A DNA stretch of 63,039 bases, filler included, from Octopus bimaculoides (GCF_001194135.2; 8 parts of 7 records of this genome joined end to end with filler, not necessarily neighbours in it); one strand, 5' to 3'. Counted from the first letter of the whole stretch, positions 10,746 to 26,242 are shown. Notes: generated by a model not told the origin, from the letters alone. Program-made: numbers and translations.

Positions 10746-12592
10746 CATTTAGCTGACGATAATTCTTGTACAAAATATTATTAAATGATGTCCTTATTTC
10801 ACCTGTTCAAGAAATTGCATACTGTTCGACAATCGGAAAAAAAACAGGGCTTCAAAAAAGAACGTAGGATATATACAAATTTGATCTATAGACTCAAGTA
10901 TTCGGTTTTTTTAGCTACCTATTCATCTTAATATTTATGATTTTTGCAATGCATTGACTGTGTACTTTTAACATCCGACCTTTTTATGTTCTAGAACTGA
11001 TTCAAACTATCTCATACAAATATATGCTTTAAATTTATATATTTATATATATATATATATATAACATACAAAAATAAGAGGAATGACCAGCAAAGGTGGA
11101 CTCCTATATGCTAGAAATAGATGCCGAATCATCTAACCACGAAAAATATGTTCTCAGTAAAAATTTAGCGACACAACAGACTGTAAAAGGGCAAGACAAA
11201 TGAAAAAATACTAAATAAAAAAACGATTAACCTACGTACCATGGTTTCACCTGTTAAAATTTAGATAAGTAAATATCTGCAGGATCATCAGCGTAGTCTG
11301 TCGATTTATAAAATATAATTTCCAGAACTAGACACNNNNNNNNNNNNNNNNNNNNNNNNNNNNNNNNNNNNNNNNNNNNTTAATTAATTAANNNNNNNNN
11401 NNNNNNNNNNNNNNNNNNNNNNNNNNNNNNNNNNNGTAAAAATAAATACAAAAAAAGGTGGATTTTTTTGTATGATTGTGTATAGAGGAATATATTATTT
11501 TGCTTAAAAGAGTTCCAACACTATATATATATGTATGTATATGAATATGTGCGTGTGTGTGTATGTATATATGAATGTATGTATGGGTGGATGTGATGTA
11601 TATGTGTGTATGCATACATATATGTTTAGACATGTGTGGGTATACATGTGAATAATTTTTAAAAGCGTTAACCGCTGCAGATATGAGAATAAATTCCTTG
11701 CAAAAAAGTTTTATTTGTAACTTGGTGGATACATAATGATTTGCGATGGTACGGCTAACCTTTTTATAACTCCAACACCAACTACTTGGTTATTGAGTCA
11801 CTTCAGTAATCCGCAGGGAGATAAATCACAGAAGGATGTTTATCACTTCTTGCCAGTATGAAGGCCAATCTAGCTATGTGGATATTTCTGTGTCTACTTG
11901 GTAGTGAGAGGCATTTGATCGGAGTAGAGGAAGGAATGATAGTAATATGGGGCTGGAAGGGTGTCTGATAGTGTTGGATTTATTTGTTATTCATCCTACA
12001 GATTTTAAGGATGGTCACCCATTCAGCAGATTTAAGGATGATAGTCCATTTCTTTGTTCTATTTCATTCAAGACGTGACTCTCCTCAATAAATTCTAAAA
12101 CCAGCAAGTGGTCAGCTACTATTCAGTGGGGTCTGTTGGCCGAATTGATTACTACAACCCTTTTATGGGGAATTTCTCATGTTTCCGTTGTTATAGTGCG
12201 TATCACCTTAAACATTGGTATGTTCATTTATTTGTTTGGGTTCCGCCACTGTTCTATAATTTGAAACGAAGTATCAAATTATAAAACACTGAAGGAACCC
12301 AAACATGATGCACACTTTAACAACAGAAATAGGGTAAACTCTTATTCAACCCCTAAAATTCCTGACATCATTGTTCGACCCAATTAATTCCTGATATCAT
12401 TTCTATTCTGTGTAAGACAGACCTCTTTATATGTGAACATATGTATATTTTTTGTATTAAATGTATTTAATATTTTTTGGGATATCGTTGTGGCTCACTT
12501 GCTTGTCTTTATATTTACTCCCCTACTTGCGCCAGTTTAAATATCTTGAGCACTACAAAGAGCATTCTATACGGAGAGTCTCTGTCTCTCAG

Positions 12593-12673
<81 letters not shown>

Positions 12674-13704
12674 ACACACACACATAAATATATCCATGCA
12701 TATAAACATACATATATAAATGTGTATAAATATATGTACTAATATGTGGTATAAGCTTTTTGTTGGATAATATGATAGAAAACTTTGTAAGAAATCTACA
12801 ATCATATTTCAGCTTCTAAAAGCAGGTGAAACGCTAGATCTTTAGAGCTGATCTATAAGAGTGCAGTACATTTCTCTACAACGAGATACAAAATTATGTG
12901 TTTGGAGATTGTCTATGCTGCATTCACTCACTGATTATACTGACGCTGAATCTTTTAAAACATGTTTCCGAATATATATCATATATATTATATAGAGTCA
13001 TAATATTTTCTCTCTTGAAATATAATTCCCGTCCTTATATAGACGCAAGTCGGTATTTCGATTATATATTTTAGAATATCCAGAACTGAAAATAACTACT
13101 CGTAACCCTTTACTTTAGAAATTCACATGTGAGGAAGAGAAAGGAAATTAAATAACATATTTCCATCTGAAAATTACGCCCAGTAATAGTGATTGTTGGC
13201 CACTGTTTGAACGGAGACCACTCTGATGGCATCTTTCACGCTGTGTCTCTGAGGTGAAGAGTAATCCCTCAAATCATGACATCCTGAAAATGGTTAGAAG
13301 CCCTTACGCTTCAATTAACGACTAAGCAATTAAAGATAAAATCTAAAACAATTGCTGAAAATTTTTCATAAACTATCTGGTACCACTTTTCCGTTAACTA
13401 GGTTATCTGAGGTAATGTAGGTAGAGTAGAATTAAGTAAAAAAAACACCAGAATTGAATTAAAAACAAAAAACAAAAAATAGTTGATGGCAGCACATTAT
13501 TTCGAGTTGTTCAGTCGTATAGAAGAATTGAAAACAAGATGGAGGTGGGAGAATAAACAAGATTTGAAGAGAAACATCGGCAAATAGAAAGAAAATGCAC
13601 AAGCAGAAAGTAACGACAAGCGTATATCTTTAAGATATAATTTGAATATGTAGAAACGTATGTACGAGTGTATGTGTGTGTGTATCTTTGTCTGTGTGTC
13701 TACA

Positions 13705-13769
<65 letters not shown>

Positions 13770-14988
13770 GTGTGTATTAAGAAGAGTTATACGCATTCCC
13801 GCACATAAAAACACGTATGTACACACATATAAATGTATATTTATCTGCACGTATGTTGTTATATGTAATATGTGTAAATAATAAGTGTAATGAAGATCTT
13901 TGATGTTGCAATCAGAGCAGAATTCAAACTTCTTTCTTGAAGCTTTTGCGCGAAGAAAAATATAAAGCGAATAAACAAGAAGTAAAGAAAGAAACAGTAA
14001 AAAATAAAATATTGATTCGAAAAATAAACATCAGTAGATGTTTTTGCTGTTGTTGTTGTAATTGTTTTTTGATAGTACTGTTGGTGGTTGTAGCTGTGTA
14101 GTTGTGGTGGTGGGGTTGTGTTGAGGGTGATGTCGGTAATATTGTCCATGTTATTATTGGCAGAGATATTCTTGACGTTGGTGTTGTTGGTCTGCTGGTG
14201 GCTGCTGTTGGTGCATTTCCATTTCTTGGCTGTCTTTTTCATAATGTTGATATACATATTGTTAAGAGTTATAATGTTGTTCTCGGTTGATGTTAGACCC
14301 CCCCCCCATCCCCGCTGATTTCTTTTTATGTTATTTACATAATACATATGCTTACGTGCAAACAGACACATATAAATATATTATTGTGTGTGTTTGTGTT
14401 CCATGTTGTTCCCACTGCAGTTCTAGTTATGGTAGCGGCGCTTATATTTGTTCACTTACTGTTGTTACTATATTGCCGTTGCTGGTGTTGCGGCTGTTGT
14501 TGCTTGTGTTATTGCTGCTGCTGCCGCTGGTGGTGTTGTCATTGTTGCCGTCGTTCTCATTGACTTAGTTATTGTTTTGGTAGAGTCCTATGTTATTGTA
14601 GTTTCCCTCTCATTGTTGTCGCTGTTGTTGGCTGCTGCCAGACCCATCTGACATAATTTCCCTATCAACTCTACTTACTGAATGACTTCAACAAGGAAAA
14701 TAATAATTTCACGGCCAATTTGTGGAAAACTTGAAAACATGTTTCATAACGTCACTCAATAATAATAATAATAATAATAATAATGATAATAATAATAATG
14801 TCAAGTTAATTTTGTTATTTACCTTAGACAGAAACGTTGAAGTACTCATGCGCCAAAAAGCATTCAGCCAATCACAGTTTGTTGATTTATATCACTTATT
14901 TTTTCTCTCATCCTTCTCCGCTTAGCTCCTTTTATTTGGGTCTCTCTCTCTTCTCTCTCTGTCTCTCTCTCTCTCACATATATGTATG

Positions 14989-15037
<49 letters not shown>

Positions 15038-15102
15038 GCACAGACACATACATACACATCATTAAAGCATACGTCTATGTCAGTACAAAATAGTTAATGT
15101 AG

Positions 15103-15156
15103 ATGGTAGAAGATGAAGAAACGAAGAGAGCTGTTCATCACCGAGTTTTTCGTATT
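15103..15156 (+). CDS. Candidate small exon of an unidentified gene (MVEDEETKRAVHHRVFRI)
   Basis: Preceded by aatgtag and followed by GTAAGG; 54 nt, phase 0, compatible with the next candidate exon. No homology recognised. Confidence 0.25.
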
Positions 15157-15221
15157 GTAAGGCTGGAGAGAGTTGAAGAAGAGATCTTTGCTGTAGATTT
15201 TCATATTACATTATATTACAG

Positions 15222-15478
15222 TTGCGATGCAATATGGTCCGGGTCGCTGCCCACCTGATCGATCTCTTACAAAAATCATTCGAGCCATCCACCTCCACAT
15301 CATGTAAAGTAACTGAAAGTCTAGATAATCTAATTATGGACAAAGAACAAGATTTCGCTGTTTCGGAGCAAGAATGTCATTCACTCTACAAATTCTTGAC
15401 CAAGGCTGGCCGGGACATAACAAACAAAGCTATTTATCAAAATCCCAGTTTAAACTTGCATTATTATCTGAGCAATAG
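15222..15478 (+). CDS. Candidate exon of an unidentified gene (LRCNMVRVAAHLIDLLQ...HYYLSN)
   Basis: Follows acceptor-like catattacattatattacag exactly. The frame stays open for 97 codons in non-repetitive sequence, with a donor-like AG|GTCAGT at 15479. No homology recognised. Confidence 0.35.
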
Positions 15479-17384
15479 GTCAGTGACTGGACAGTGTATA
15501 TCAGCTGGTAGATGAGCGAATGTGTTATGCATTATTAACATATTTCATCAACATCCCTCATTAAATAAAAATGTTATTGGATGTAGTTTTATTCTCCAGA
15601 CTTCTAGAGAAACAGCGACAACCTTAGTGACAATGTGAAGCTGTCAAACCACGTGACAAAGTAAAACTGTCAGTCAAGAACAGGATCGATTACTCTCGCG
15701 AATTGTCACACATTCTGTCTATTGAATTTCCTTTGAAACCGTTTGGTCAACCCGAGTCTACGAGACAACGTATCTGCCCGAAGTGTCCGGCAGTGGTTTT
15801 CATCCTGATCTCATCTAGCTACAAATCCAACAGCAACGTCTGATGGGTTCAAATACGGAAGCCGATTGATTATATAGGTATGACTATTGAGCAGAGAAAA
15901 AGGCAGCTTTACAACTCTGCTATAAAATCGTTAAATAACTACTTATAAGAATTCGTTGGCAAGAGTCTGACTCCAAAATGAAAGAGAAACAGCTACAACT
16001 AAATAGAATATAGATATTTGAAGCCTGAACGAAATCCACACGGAAAGCAAACAAGTGAAAAATTGGAGGAAAAACACGTAGAATACCAATTTTCTTCAGA
16101 CTATTCATTCCAGTAACATCAAGTTTACGCAATTGATTTTTTTTCTAATGTAATCATGTACAATCTATGATGTGAGTGGTAAAAGTAAAACTAAAAATCA
16201 ATGCCTCTTAAAGTTAACACTATGGATTTATCCGTAAATCTTGTCAGACAGCAGAAAATCTCCAAATCATTCACAACTTCAATACTGAAAGTTGTCAAAA
16301 TAAAATCAATCAAATCACTATTGCCTAATTAAATACACCCGTTTTCATCGCTTTTGTTTTAGCGAGGTTTAATTTTTTTTTATCATTTTAGTTGCACTTG
16401 TAAACCTATAAAAATGTTTCTTTGTTAATTGAATATAAAACAAGAATAATTTCCTATACATGACCCTTGTTTTTAATTCACGTGACAAACTTAGGACGCT
16501 TTGTGACTTTTTCTCTTTGGTCTTCCTGTCACATCTCCAGAAATTTCCAGGGAAACCATACTCATATTTATTTTTATTTTCATTGTTCGATCTTGAGGAA
16601 TGGATTCTGCTCACATCCCTTACAATACACCTCCCTCATAACCAAGTAAGAAAAATAAAAACAAACAACACATAAAATAAATGTGCTCGATAGTTCTTCA
16701 GGATAGCTGCAAGTTTACAGCAAAAACAAGCATGGCCAAATAGAAAATTTCAGAGGGATATCGTTTTGGTGTGAAAGTAGTGGGCAAAATAGTTAATGCA
16801 GTGATTTGGAAAATAAAAATATTGGTGGCAAATGGAGAAAATATGAGTGTTGAGCGGCACTAATGAGATGGAACAGAATTTGCAGGAGACCAACAACTTC
16901 TATTTAATATCGTCCATTGTTGTAGAAAATGCAGAGTGAGGACGGACCTTTGATTGAAGTTCTTTGATGAGCGATTTTTGTTTTACTGCAATCTTGGATG
17001 TTCTTTTGTCCGCTACCTGCATTGATTCTGATATCGGTGCAGCATTCTACATCTCATAGATGAAACTCCAATGAGTAGATGATACCAATTTCCTCGATGC
17101 TGAAGAGAGACTGAAAAGTGAAGCCAACTCTGGATTGAAACATTACTAATGCAAGAATTATTTAATCCAACCTTTTACTGGCTCTTCTATCTCCGATTAC
17201 CTCATCAAAATTTGATTTTCGGAGTAAAGAGAACCGGATGTTTATGTATCAAAATTTATTCCTCTATTCATTAAAATTAATAGTAGTAATAGTAGCAGTC
17301 GTTTGGTGTTTTATAAAGCTCGGTTAATTACTTTGCCCCCAAAGGTAAAATACTTTGTAATATGATATTAATATTGGTTCAAAT

Positions 17385-17583
17385 TTTGCCATAAGGATAG
17401 TCATTTGGGGGGACATGTCTATTACATCGATCCAAGTGTATAACTGGTGCTTAATTTATCGACCCCGAAAGGATGAAAAGCAGAGTCGACCTAGGCGGAA
17501 TCTGAACTCAGAACGTAGCGACGGGCGAAATACAGTTATGCATTTCGTACAGCGTGTTAACGACTCTGACAGCTCGTTGCCTT
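17385..17583 (-). mobile_element. SINE family B copy
   Basis: Colinear with 10010-10221 (aactggt.cttaatttatcgaccccgaaaggatgaaa..gtcgacct.ggcggaat.tgaactcagaac). Confidence 0.8.
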
Positions 17584-20550
17584 ATTTTCATTGTAATATT
17601 GATCTGTAATTGCATTCGTTTCTTATTTAGAGTGGATGTACAATGTCATACAAAGTAATCACAGCTGAGAAATTCAAACGGACTATGTGTTCCCCGAGCG
17701 TCTGATACAAGACAAGCATGGTTAATTGTAACCTGTCAGCTCTTATATTATGTATGACATAATATCACATTTAGTGAGGGGGAGAATGAATTCAATAGTT
17801 CGCTTATCACAATAGTATCGCCAAATAATAGTACTGGGACATAATCAGGTGCAACTTAGAATCGAAACCTTCTCGTAGATGTAACCTGATTAGAGCTTAC
17901 ATATACTTCTAAATGTTCAACACTTATATCATTAACTGAATTATTTTCTCTTTCGTATTTTGTTTAAGTGAAACCTAATTATCGGAAGTAGCAATCTTAT
18001 TATCAAATGCAAACCTTCAATGTTTTGCTTAGATTTGTTTATGTTACTTTTGTCATTCCTCTTTATTCATAGATATTCGATTTAAAGCTTCTACCTACTG
18101 CAATATATACACCTGAACTCGTTTAAAAGAGAATGTTCAGTTACAAATTAGTGCTAAACCTACATTCTCTATAAATCTGATTATTTGAAGCCTTAACAAA
18201 CCATCCATAAACAACAGGAAAATTGAAATAAAATTTCTCCACAATTAGGAGTTATACCACGCTATCAATTTATTATTAGCTTTGTCTCACCTACTAAATT
18301 TATGCGTTGACTTTCTTCCTAATAAAATCGTAATGTGGGCAATGATATTGAAGAAAATGAGACAAAGGAATATAAAGACAAAAAACAAATCTCTTTCCAC
18401 ACTCAAAATGGCAGACATATCTTGCATATAATGTTTCTTTTTCAAACCGAGCGCTAAACTAATTCAATCAAAACTAATATGTATTGTAAGAAGTAAGCAA
18501 TAGCAAACAGCAGAAATATTCCCTTTGAACAGGTTTCTATTAACTTACAGCGCCGCGTAATAGTCAAGCTAAAGAAGTAACATCAAAATATAAATACAAA
18601 TTAAAAATCTCGCATATAAATCTGACCTCAGTATTATTAGTAATAATGTCGCAGGAAATCAGAGCTGATATTTTCTAATTGTATAGTATATGGACGGTAA
18701 TATACGATTTTCAGACAGCACAACAAAGTGAAGATTTATTGCTCAGTTTCGCAAGTGGCATATGTATCTGCTGATCTATCAATGAAACTATATACATATA
18801 CACGTGTTTCTCTCTAATTCTCTCTCTCAGTGTAAGCGTTCATAAGTATGCATATACATACATTCACACACACACACACACACATACNNNNNNNNNNNNN
18901 NNNNNNNNNNNNNNNNNNNNNNNNNNNNNNNNNNNNNNNNNNNNNNNNNNNNNNNNNNNNNNNNNNNNNNNNNNNNNNNNNNNNNNNAAGTCTAATAAGT
19001 CTTTATATTGTAAAAGAGAAATGACAATTAATACGTAGCGTCTCCAGTCTAAGTTGACGTATAATTTTAAAGTCGATCATCTCAGATTTCACATATGATT
19101 GCCAAATCTTTAATTACTGACTTAACTACTTGTAGCTCCTTTTGCCTAAATAACCACTTTTATATATTGGATCTAGTTCCAACTTTCTCGTGACCATCGA
19201 TAAGCAATTTCAGGAGTGAAAGTCTTCTCAGACGTTATTAGGTTTTCACTATCATTTTGCCAAAATTCTTCGTTTATATCCTATCATCGATATTAACTAT
19301 TAGATAAGAAACTTCTCGCGCTGTCTTTGGTAATTTCTCCTCAATATTCATACTACGCATGTTCTTGTATTCGCCATAAATTATTCAATTATATTCTTAT
19401 AATCGGTCATATCTTGCTGTCTAGAAACTATGATTGAGTATTTATTTCTTCGATCGAAACTCAATCAGATCTGATCTGTAGTTTTATTTCCCGTCTTCAA
19501 TAATATAAATGCTTTTAAGTTAATAGGATGAAATAAACAATTGTCTGCGTAAGAAATATTATCCTCTGGTCTTTACAAGGAAACGTAAATGGTTTCAGCG
19601 TCTATGGCATTCAGAGTTTAGTAGACTTAGCAAGGAAATTAGATTTAAAATCAGAAAAATGTATGGAGCATTAAAACGATAACTGAAAATGAATATATTG
19701 ACGAGGAAAATAAAGTCAGTAGTCAAGAAATAATATTTTTGTTGGTAGATAACTATTCATAATAAACCAAGAAATGTTTCCTTGTTATTGTAACCATATT
19801 AGTACATTATTCCTGCCTCTATACAAGCGAAAGTACTCGTAAAGGAATTATAATTATATTTTGGTTGGGATAGGAAAATTGTATCATTCATAAGTAAATA
19901 ATGCAAGAACGATCTTGAAATGAAAACACACAAATTTGTGCTAATTTATTACTATTACGTCGAATAGACAACGTTTACAACAATTTCGAGAAATATTGAG
20001 ACGTGAAAGTCGACCATGTTCTTATTTTATGAGCCTTCATAGATTATTACAACTGTAACAGCTGACTTCGGTTATTAAAACCAGAATACCTGATGCTATG
20101 CATCTGCACTGGAGGATGCAAAACAACCAGTTGTAAAGTATCCCACCCGCAAGTGATCAATGCAAAATGGGTCGAAACGATCGTAGTGATGGATAAGGAT
20201 TCTCATGAACTCTATTTTGCATTTCCCTCATTCATTATAAAGTCAACGAGCAGTGTGGAATTGCTGAGGTTGATCCATGACACATATCAGAACTGTGGAT
20301 GACATAAGGTAGCATAAACAGTGAAAACGTTTTAATCAGTATACTACTTACCATATACCCAAAGTCCAAATAAGTTCTTGCTTACACATACATACACAAA
20401 TATGTAAATACACACACGCATATATATGCATTTATATGGATATTTATACAGAAAGAGAGATGTTTGATTACATGCATCAGTCAATCTATCTCTAGCCATA
20501 TCTACCTATTCATCTACACACACATATATCCCTATATGCATATTTGTATC

Positions 20551-20635
<85 letters not shown>

Positions 20636-20826
20636 GTGTATGTATGTATGTTTGTATTTATGTATTAAGTAACCATTTGTGTACATGGCAATAATATACT
20701 GGCGTTTGAAAACAACGAATTCCATTTTCAATTCAGAGAGAAACACATCAGTCAGGAACATTTTGACCGTTTCAAGCTCACATTAATGTCTCTAATATAT
20801 AAAATATAAGTTCTTTACAACTACTC

Positions 20827-20867
<41 letters not shown>

Positions 20868-21396
20868 AAAGAGCAGAAACATTATTTATAAAGTACCCTG
20901 TCATTTCAATCATGCTGCATTTCTTTTCTAAAGCTATGAACAATCTAAGTTTAATATAAATGTGTCCAATACCCAGGATATATTACAAAACCATTACTCA
21001 GGAACACAATACATGCAGTAGAACAGGTCACGAACTCTTGACCCAGGAATAAAATGAAACAGTCTACCAGATTTTCGACTGATTTCATAGAAATCCCAGT
21101 GTTAAAAACATAGAGAAAAATTCAAAACACACACACAAAATAAAAAGCGAAATTTTTCTTGTTAAAATGAGATTTCAGAAAGAGAAGACAATAAAGGTAT
21201 AGAATACAAATACTTGGTAATGCTGCAGACAATATTGGTGCCAAAATTGGCAATAAAAGATATTTCGACCAAATAAATACGCCAGAGAGAGACAAATAAT
21301 ACATCAGTTGCTTTAGTTGCCTTCATCGTTCGTTATTTTCCCTCTCAGTAAACCCGACGTAAATTATTTTCTATAGATATGTTTGTAGGCAGATAC

Positions 21397-21453
<57 letters not shown>

Positions 21454-22986
21454 AAGTATAACAGGTACATTTGGGTAATGGTTTGTGAATGCGTTTACAC
21501 ACGCACACTTACAAACGCACATTTATACATACATATGCAAAAATATATACATGCGTGCATATTTGTGTGTACACACTCACACATGTATATATATATATAT
21601 ATATATACATGTTTGATTGAATGAGTATGTGTATGTCTGTGTATCATACAATTGAAGAGAGGGTGATGGAGAAACAGGCATATATAAAATAGTTTTATAA
21701 GTCTATGTACACGTGTATACATCCCGACTTCACATATAAATATATGATGGGTAAGTGCGTGCGTGTCATTGTATGTACAATCATACGTACTACCACATCA
21801 ATTTGAGAAAAAAGAAAGAGCTCTAATACAAACAATTCTCAGGAAATTTCACAATCGTACACAACACTTGATATACTGGAAACATTTGTCCAATCATTTC
21901 TAGCTTCAAAGAAAAATACTTTGAACAACAGTGAGAAGACGAAATGAAAATCTCTGAAAAATCTGTCAATGTTTTCCTCCTAATCACCTACGAACGAGTA
22001 TTTTCTCTGCTTATTTACGAAACCACATCTCAAAGAACGCAACTCTCAAGTGAGAATTTTCTGTAAATAAAAGTGAATATTTTCATTGAACCAAATAAAT
22101 AAAAGATTTTTCTGAACTCACACATTTTCTACATAAAGAATTATTTGGAAGTGTTAAAAACTAAATCATAGCTTTTGCCTTGTGATTAAGAAAGCCTCTT
22201 TGCAACAAACTGATCCCAGAGTCAATCCTATCACACCTTAGGCTAGTCTTAAAGTTGTTGAGAGAATTACATTATTTCACTGATGCATATCCGCGGGAAT
22301 AACAAATCGCCGGCCATGCTCTAGTTGTGGGGGAGACGACACGTGATATTTGTTCTGCAATAAGTTACATGTAAATTCCCGTGCCACGCCATGCCGTAAA
22401 CAAATGAATAAACTTCAGACGTGTAAACAACGTTACTATAGATCACGAGTTGCAGTATAAACTAAATTTTAAATAGTTCCATATAAATATTGGTGAGATT
22501 ACATATTGCATACGGTTGTTAGATACCGTTATCGGTATAGTTACAGAGAACATCATGTGGTATATACTGTAAACTATTTATGTAGATATATATATTCTGT
22601 GATTGCATACGGAAAGAATAGACCACATGCAGCAGCCTATGTCTAAAGGTAGTGTTGTCTTTATAACTGCTGATATCAACAAGTTGCATACACGAAGTAC
22701 ATACAGACACATTACCTGAATAATTCTTGCTCTCGCGCACACCACGCCCCTCACCCGCTTGCCACCATTAAACAACAACAGCATTATCCAACGTATTAAT
22801 TAAAGTTTGGGTGATTTATAAAGAACAACAGCAACAACGATACCACAAACAATCTAGTTAATCATATTTTAGGCAGCAGCCTATGCGCCGTTGCTGTTAT
22901 TACATGTGGTAGTTTACTCTTCGTGCTTTTATGTTTGTTGTTATTGTAATTAATTACTTTTTGTCAATGCAGAAGTAGGCGGAGAG

Positions 22987-23023
<37 letters not shown>

Positions 23024-23230
23024 CCGAATTAATACAGTTGACTTCCTTTCCTCGTTGCAATAAAATATTTTCTTCTGTATTTCTTTCTCAACACATTTAG
23101 TAAATTTTCACGGCGAGAATAACACAGAAATCGTCAGATGATTGCCCGAGGAAGCACGATTCCAAAGATGATTTCAGATGTTTGGTGTTATNNNNNNNNN
23201 NGCTTGGAAATGGATGCGTAATGTTCAGTA

Positions 23231-23278
<48 letters not shown>

Positions 23279-24463
23279 CCGCGCGCACACACTCACATAC
23301 ACTTACACACACATACAAACCTGTTTTCCTCTAATGCATATACACACACGGACATGCATATAGATGTGTGCATGCGTGTATGCTTGCATACGCAAACACA
23401 TTTGTATGTAAGTGTCTATGCATATACGTGTATGTGAATGTGTGTGTGTATGTATATGTTTGCGTGAGTGTATATGTATTAAAGAAAAGACAGTCATGTT
23501 GATTGAGAGAAAATTAGTAGGAGGAGGAGGAAGAAGAGGAGGCCGTAATGAAGACGAGGAAGAAAAGGAAACGTTGAGATCAGGGTAGTTTAGTTTGAGG
23601 CGGAAGAAAGAGTAAGACATTTGATGCCACTTTCTAATGCGTCTTTGTTTCACCATTATCTTTCACCATCATACAAACATATGTCCCATACACACGTATA
23701 TATATACATATATATATATTATACACATATATATATATATACATATATATATATATNNNNNNNNNNNNNNNNNNNNNNNNNNNNNNNNNNNNNNNNNNNN
23801 NNNNNNNNNNNNNNNNNNNNNNNNNNNNNNNNNNNNNNNNNNNNNNNNNNNNNNNNNNNNNNNNNNNNNNNNNNNNNNNNNNNNNNNNNNNNNNNNNNNN
23901 NNNNNNNNNNNNNNNNNNNNNNNNNNNNNNNNNNNNNNNNNNNNNNNNNNNNNNNNNNNNNNNNNNNNNNNNNNNNNNNNNNNNNNNNNNNNNNNNNNNN
24001 NNNNNNNNNNNNNNNNNNNNNNNNNNNNNNNNNNNNNNNNNNNNNNNNNNNNNNNNNNNNNNNNNNNNNNNNNNNNNNNNNNNNNNNNNNNNNNNNNNNN
24101 NNNNNNNNNNNNNNNNNNNNNNNNNNNNNNNNNNNNNNNNNNNNNNNNNNNNNNNNNNNNNNNNNNNNNNNNNNNNNNNNNNNNNNNNNNNNNNNNNNNN
24201 NNNNNNNNNNNNNNNNNNNNNNNNNNNNNNNNNNNNNNNNNNNNNNNNNNNNNNNNNNNNNNNNNNNNNNNNNNNNNNNNNNNNNNNNNNNNNNNNNNNN
24301 NNNNNNNNNNNNNNNNNNNNNNNNNNNNNNNNNNNNNNNNNNNNNNNNNNNNNNNNNNNNNNNNNNNNNNNNNNNNNNNNNNNNNNNNNNNNNNNNNNNN
24401 NNNNNNNNNNNNNNNNNNNNNNNNNNNNNNNNNNNNNNNNNNNNNNNNNNNNNNNNNNNNNNN

Positions 24464-24532
<69 letters not shown>

Positions 24533-25020
24533 GTATACACACACATATACATATGCTATTTGTTTTAGAAGTTGTATTAAGGGAAACATAATTGTGCACT
24601 TTATTAAATAAAACATGGTAGCCTGGAATATATTGACTTTTCTTGATAAATCGCTGCTATTATATAACTGAAGTTAATACATATTTATGCTTACATCCGT
24701 TGATTGCTTTCTCTTGTTATAATGTTACAGTCTCTGTCTACGGAAATTAACTTCACAAATCATAGTTGTACCCTAAATTATTGCATACCCTACTTGAAAC
24801 GTATTGTCACTGAGATCGAACTCAGATGCACATAAATACGAGATCAAGAAAATATGTCGGCAATGTCATTGTTGATATATAACCATTCAGTATTGCTTGT
24901 ATCCCGAGGAGTTGAATTGTACTTTTATAGATGTTAGGAAACAAAAGTCCGTTTTTTAATATTCTGCCTTATTTTCGATCGACATCAGAAGAATATGAGT
25001 TTAAGTTGACGTAGATGATG

Positions 25021-25072
25021 CTTGAACTCTGAAAGCCTTGAACTCTGAAAGCCTTGAACTCTGAAAGCCTTG
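25021..25072. repeat. Perfect tandem repeat, 16-bp unit CTTGAACTCTGAAAGC x3.25
   Basis: Units at 25021, 25037 and 25053, plus CTTG. Confidence 0.95.
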
Positions 25073-26242
25073 TCAAATACCAGACTTATTTTGCCCCATG
25101 CTCTAGCAATCCCCTCATTTCAGCATTTTTGCAACTTATAATTAATCCCTGTTTTCTCTTTAAACTTTAAATCGTTTTTATGAAAGTTTTTGAATTACCT
25201 TCATGACTTGATTTGAAATTAGAAGACAAGCAAAGAGTTTCATGTCCCTGAAGTCCATCGTTCTTAAAACCGAATGGGAACAATATAGAATTAAGTGTCT
25301 TAGAAGGTCACAGTAATCCAGAACATTGGAATATTTTGAACTCGCTATACATCGAACACAATCCAAGATTTTATCCTGTCTCTCATTTCACCTTTGTCTA
25401 ATTATACTCTGAGCAATTTCTCTTTATTTATATGTATTTATCTATTTATTTATTTATCTATTTATTTATTTAATCGCACTCTCTCTACATATATACAGTT
25501 TTACTTAACAGTTCAATTTACTCTCTCTAACCCCAAGGTTAATTGCATTTCTTCAACTCTAAATTACATTCCTTGTCGTTCGGTTTTATTTGATTTTCTT
25601 TCGTTTTGATTTCTTTCAAATTTTTGTTTACATTTTTCTAATTTTGTTTTTATTTGTAAATATATATATTTTTTTAATTTAACAAAAATGCAAAATAAAA
25701 ATAAGCATATTGGTTAATTGTTTTATAAACTAAACAAAAATTAAACAAATAACAACGAAATACAATTAAAATTGAAATTAAAACATATGTAAAACTTATT
25801 AAAGTTTAGATTACTTCATCAGCAGAGCATGGAAACTTTCATTAGAAACACATTATCACGTATATTATATTGTCTCTTACATTGGCCATTATACACAAAC
25901 ACACAAATATATATATATATATATATATATATGATTGCCTGTATATGTATGTATATATATATATGTATATATATATCTATCTCTATATATATACATGTAT
26001 TATATAGATATACATTATATATACATACATGAATATAAGCATATATATTTGATATATTTACGTATACCAGAATATATATATATATATATATATATAAGCA
26101 TACGCGAGTGTGTGTGCGCGTGCGTGTGCATGTCTTTGTGTGTGTGTTTGTGTACGGAAGTATGCATATGTATAAGATACATACATGAGTCTGCTTATGT
26201 TTAACAGTTAATTTCACGGAAATTTCTTAAAATTACTACTGT

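Noticed and set aside
13859-14651. Overlapping ORFs rich in N/T/Q or V/L/A/C
   Set aside because: Decayed (GTT)n/(GCT)n/(GGT)n trinucleotide sequence that is open in several frames on both strands; no splice or homology support.
20093-20302. 69-aa ORF with an N-terminal Cys cluster
   Set aside because: Short, no convincing splice sites, no recognised family; within chance expectation.
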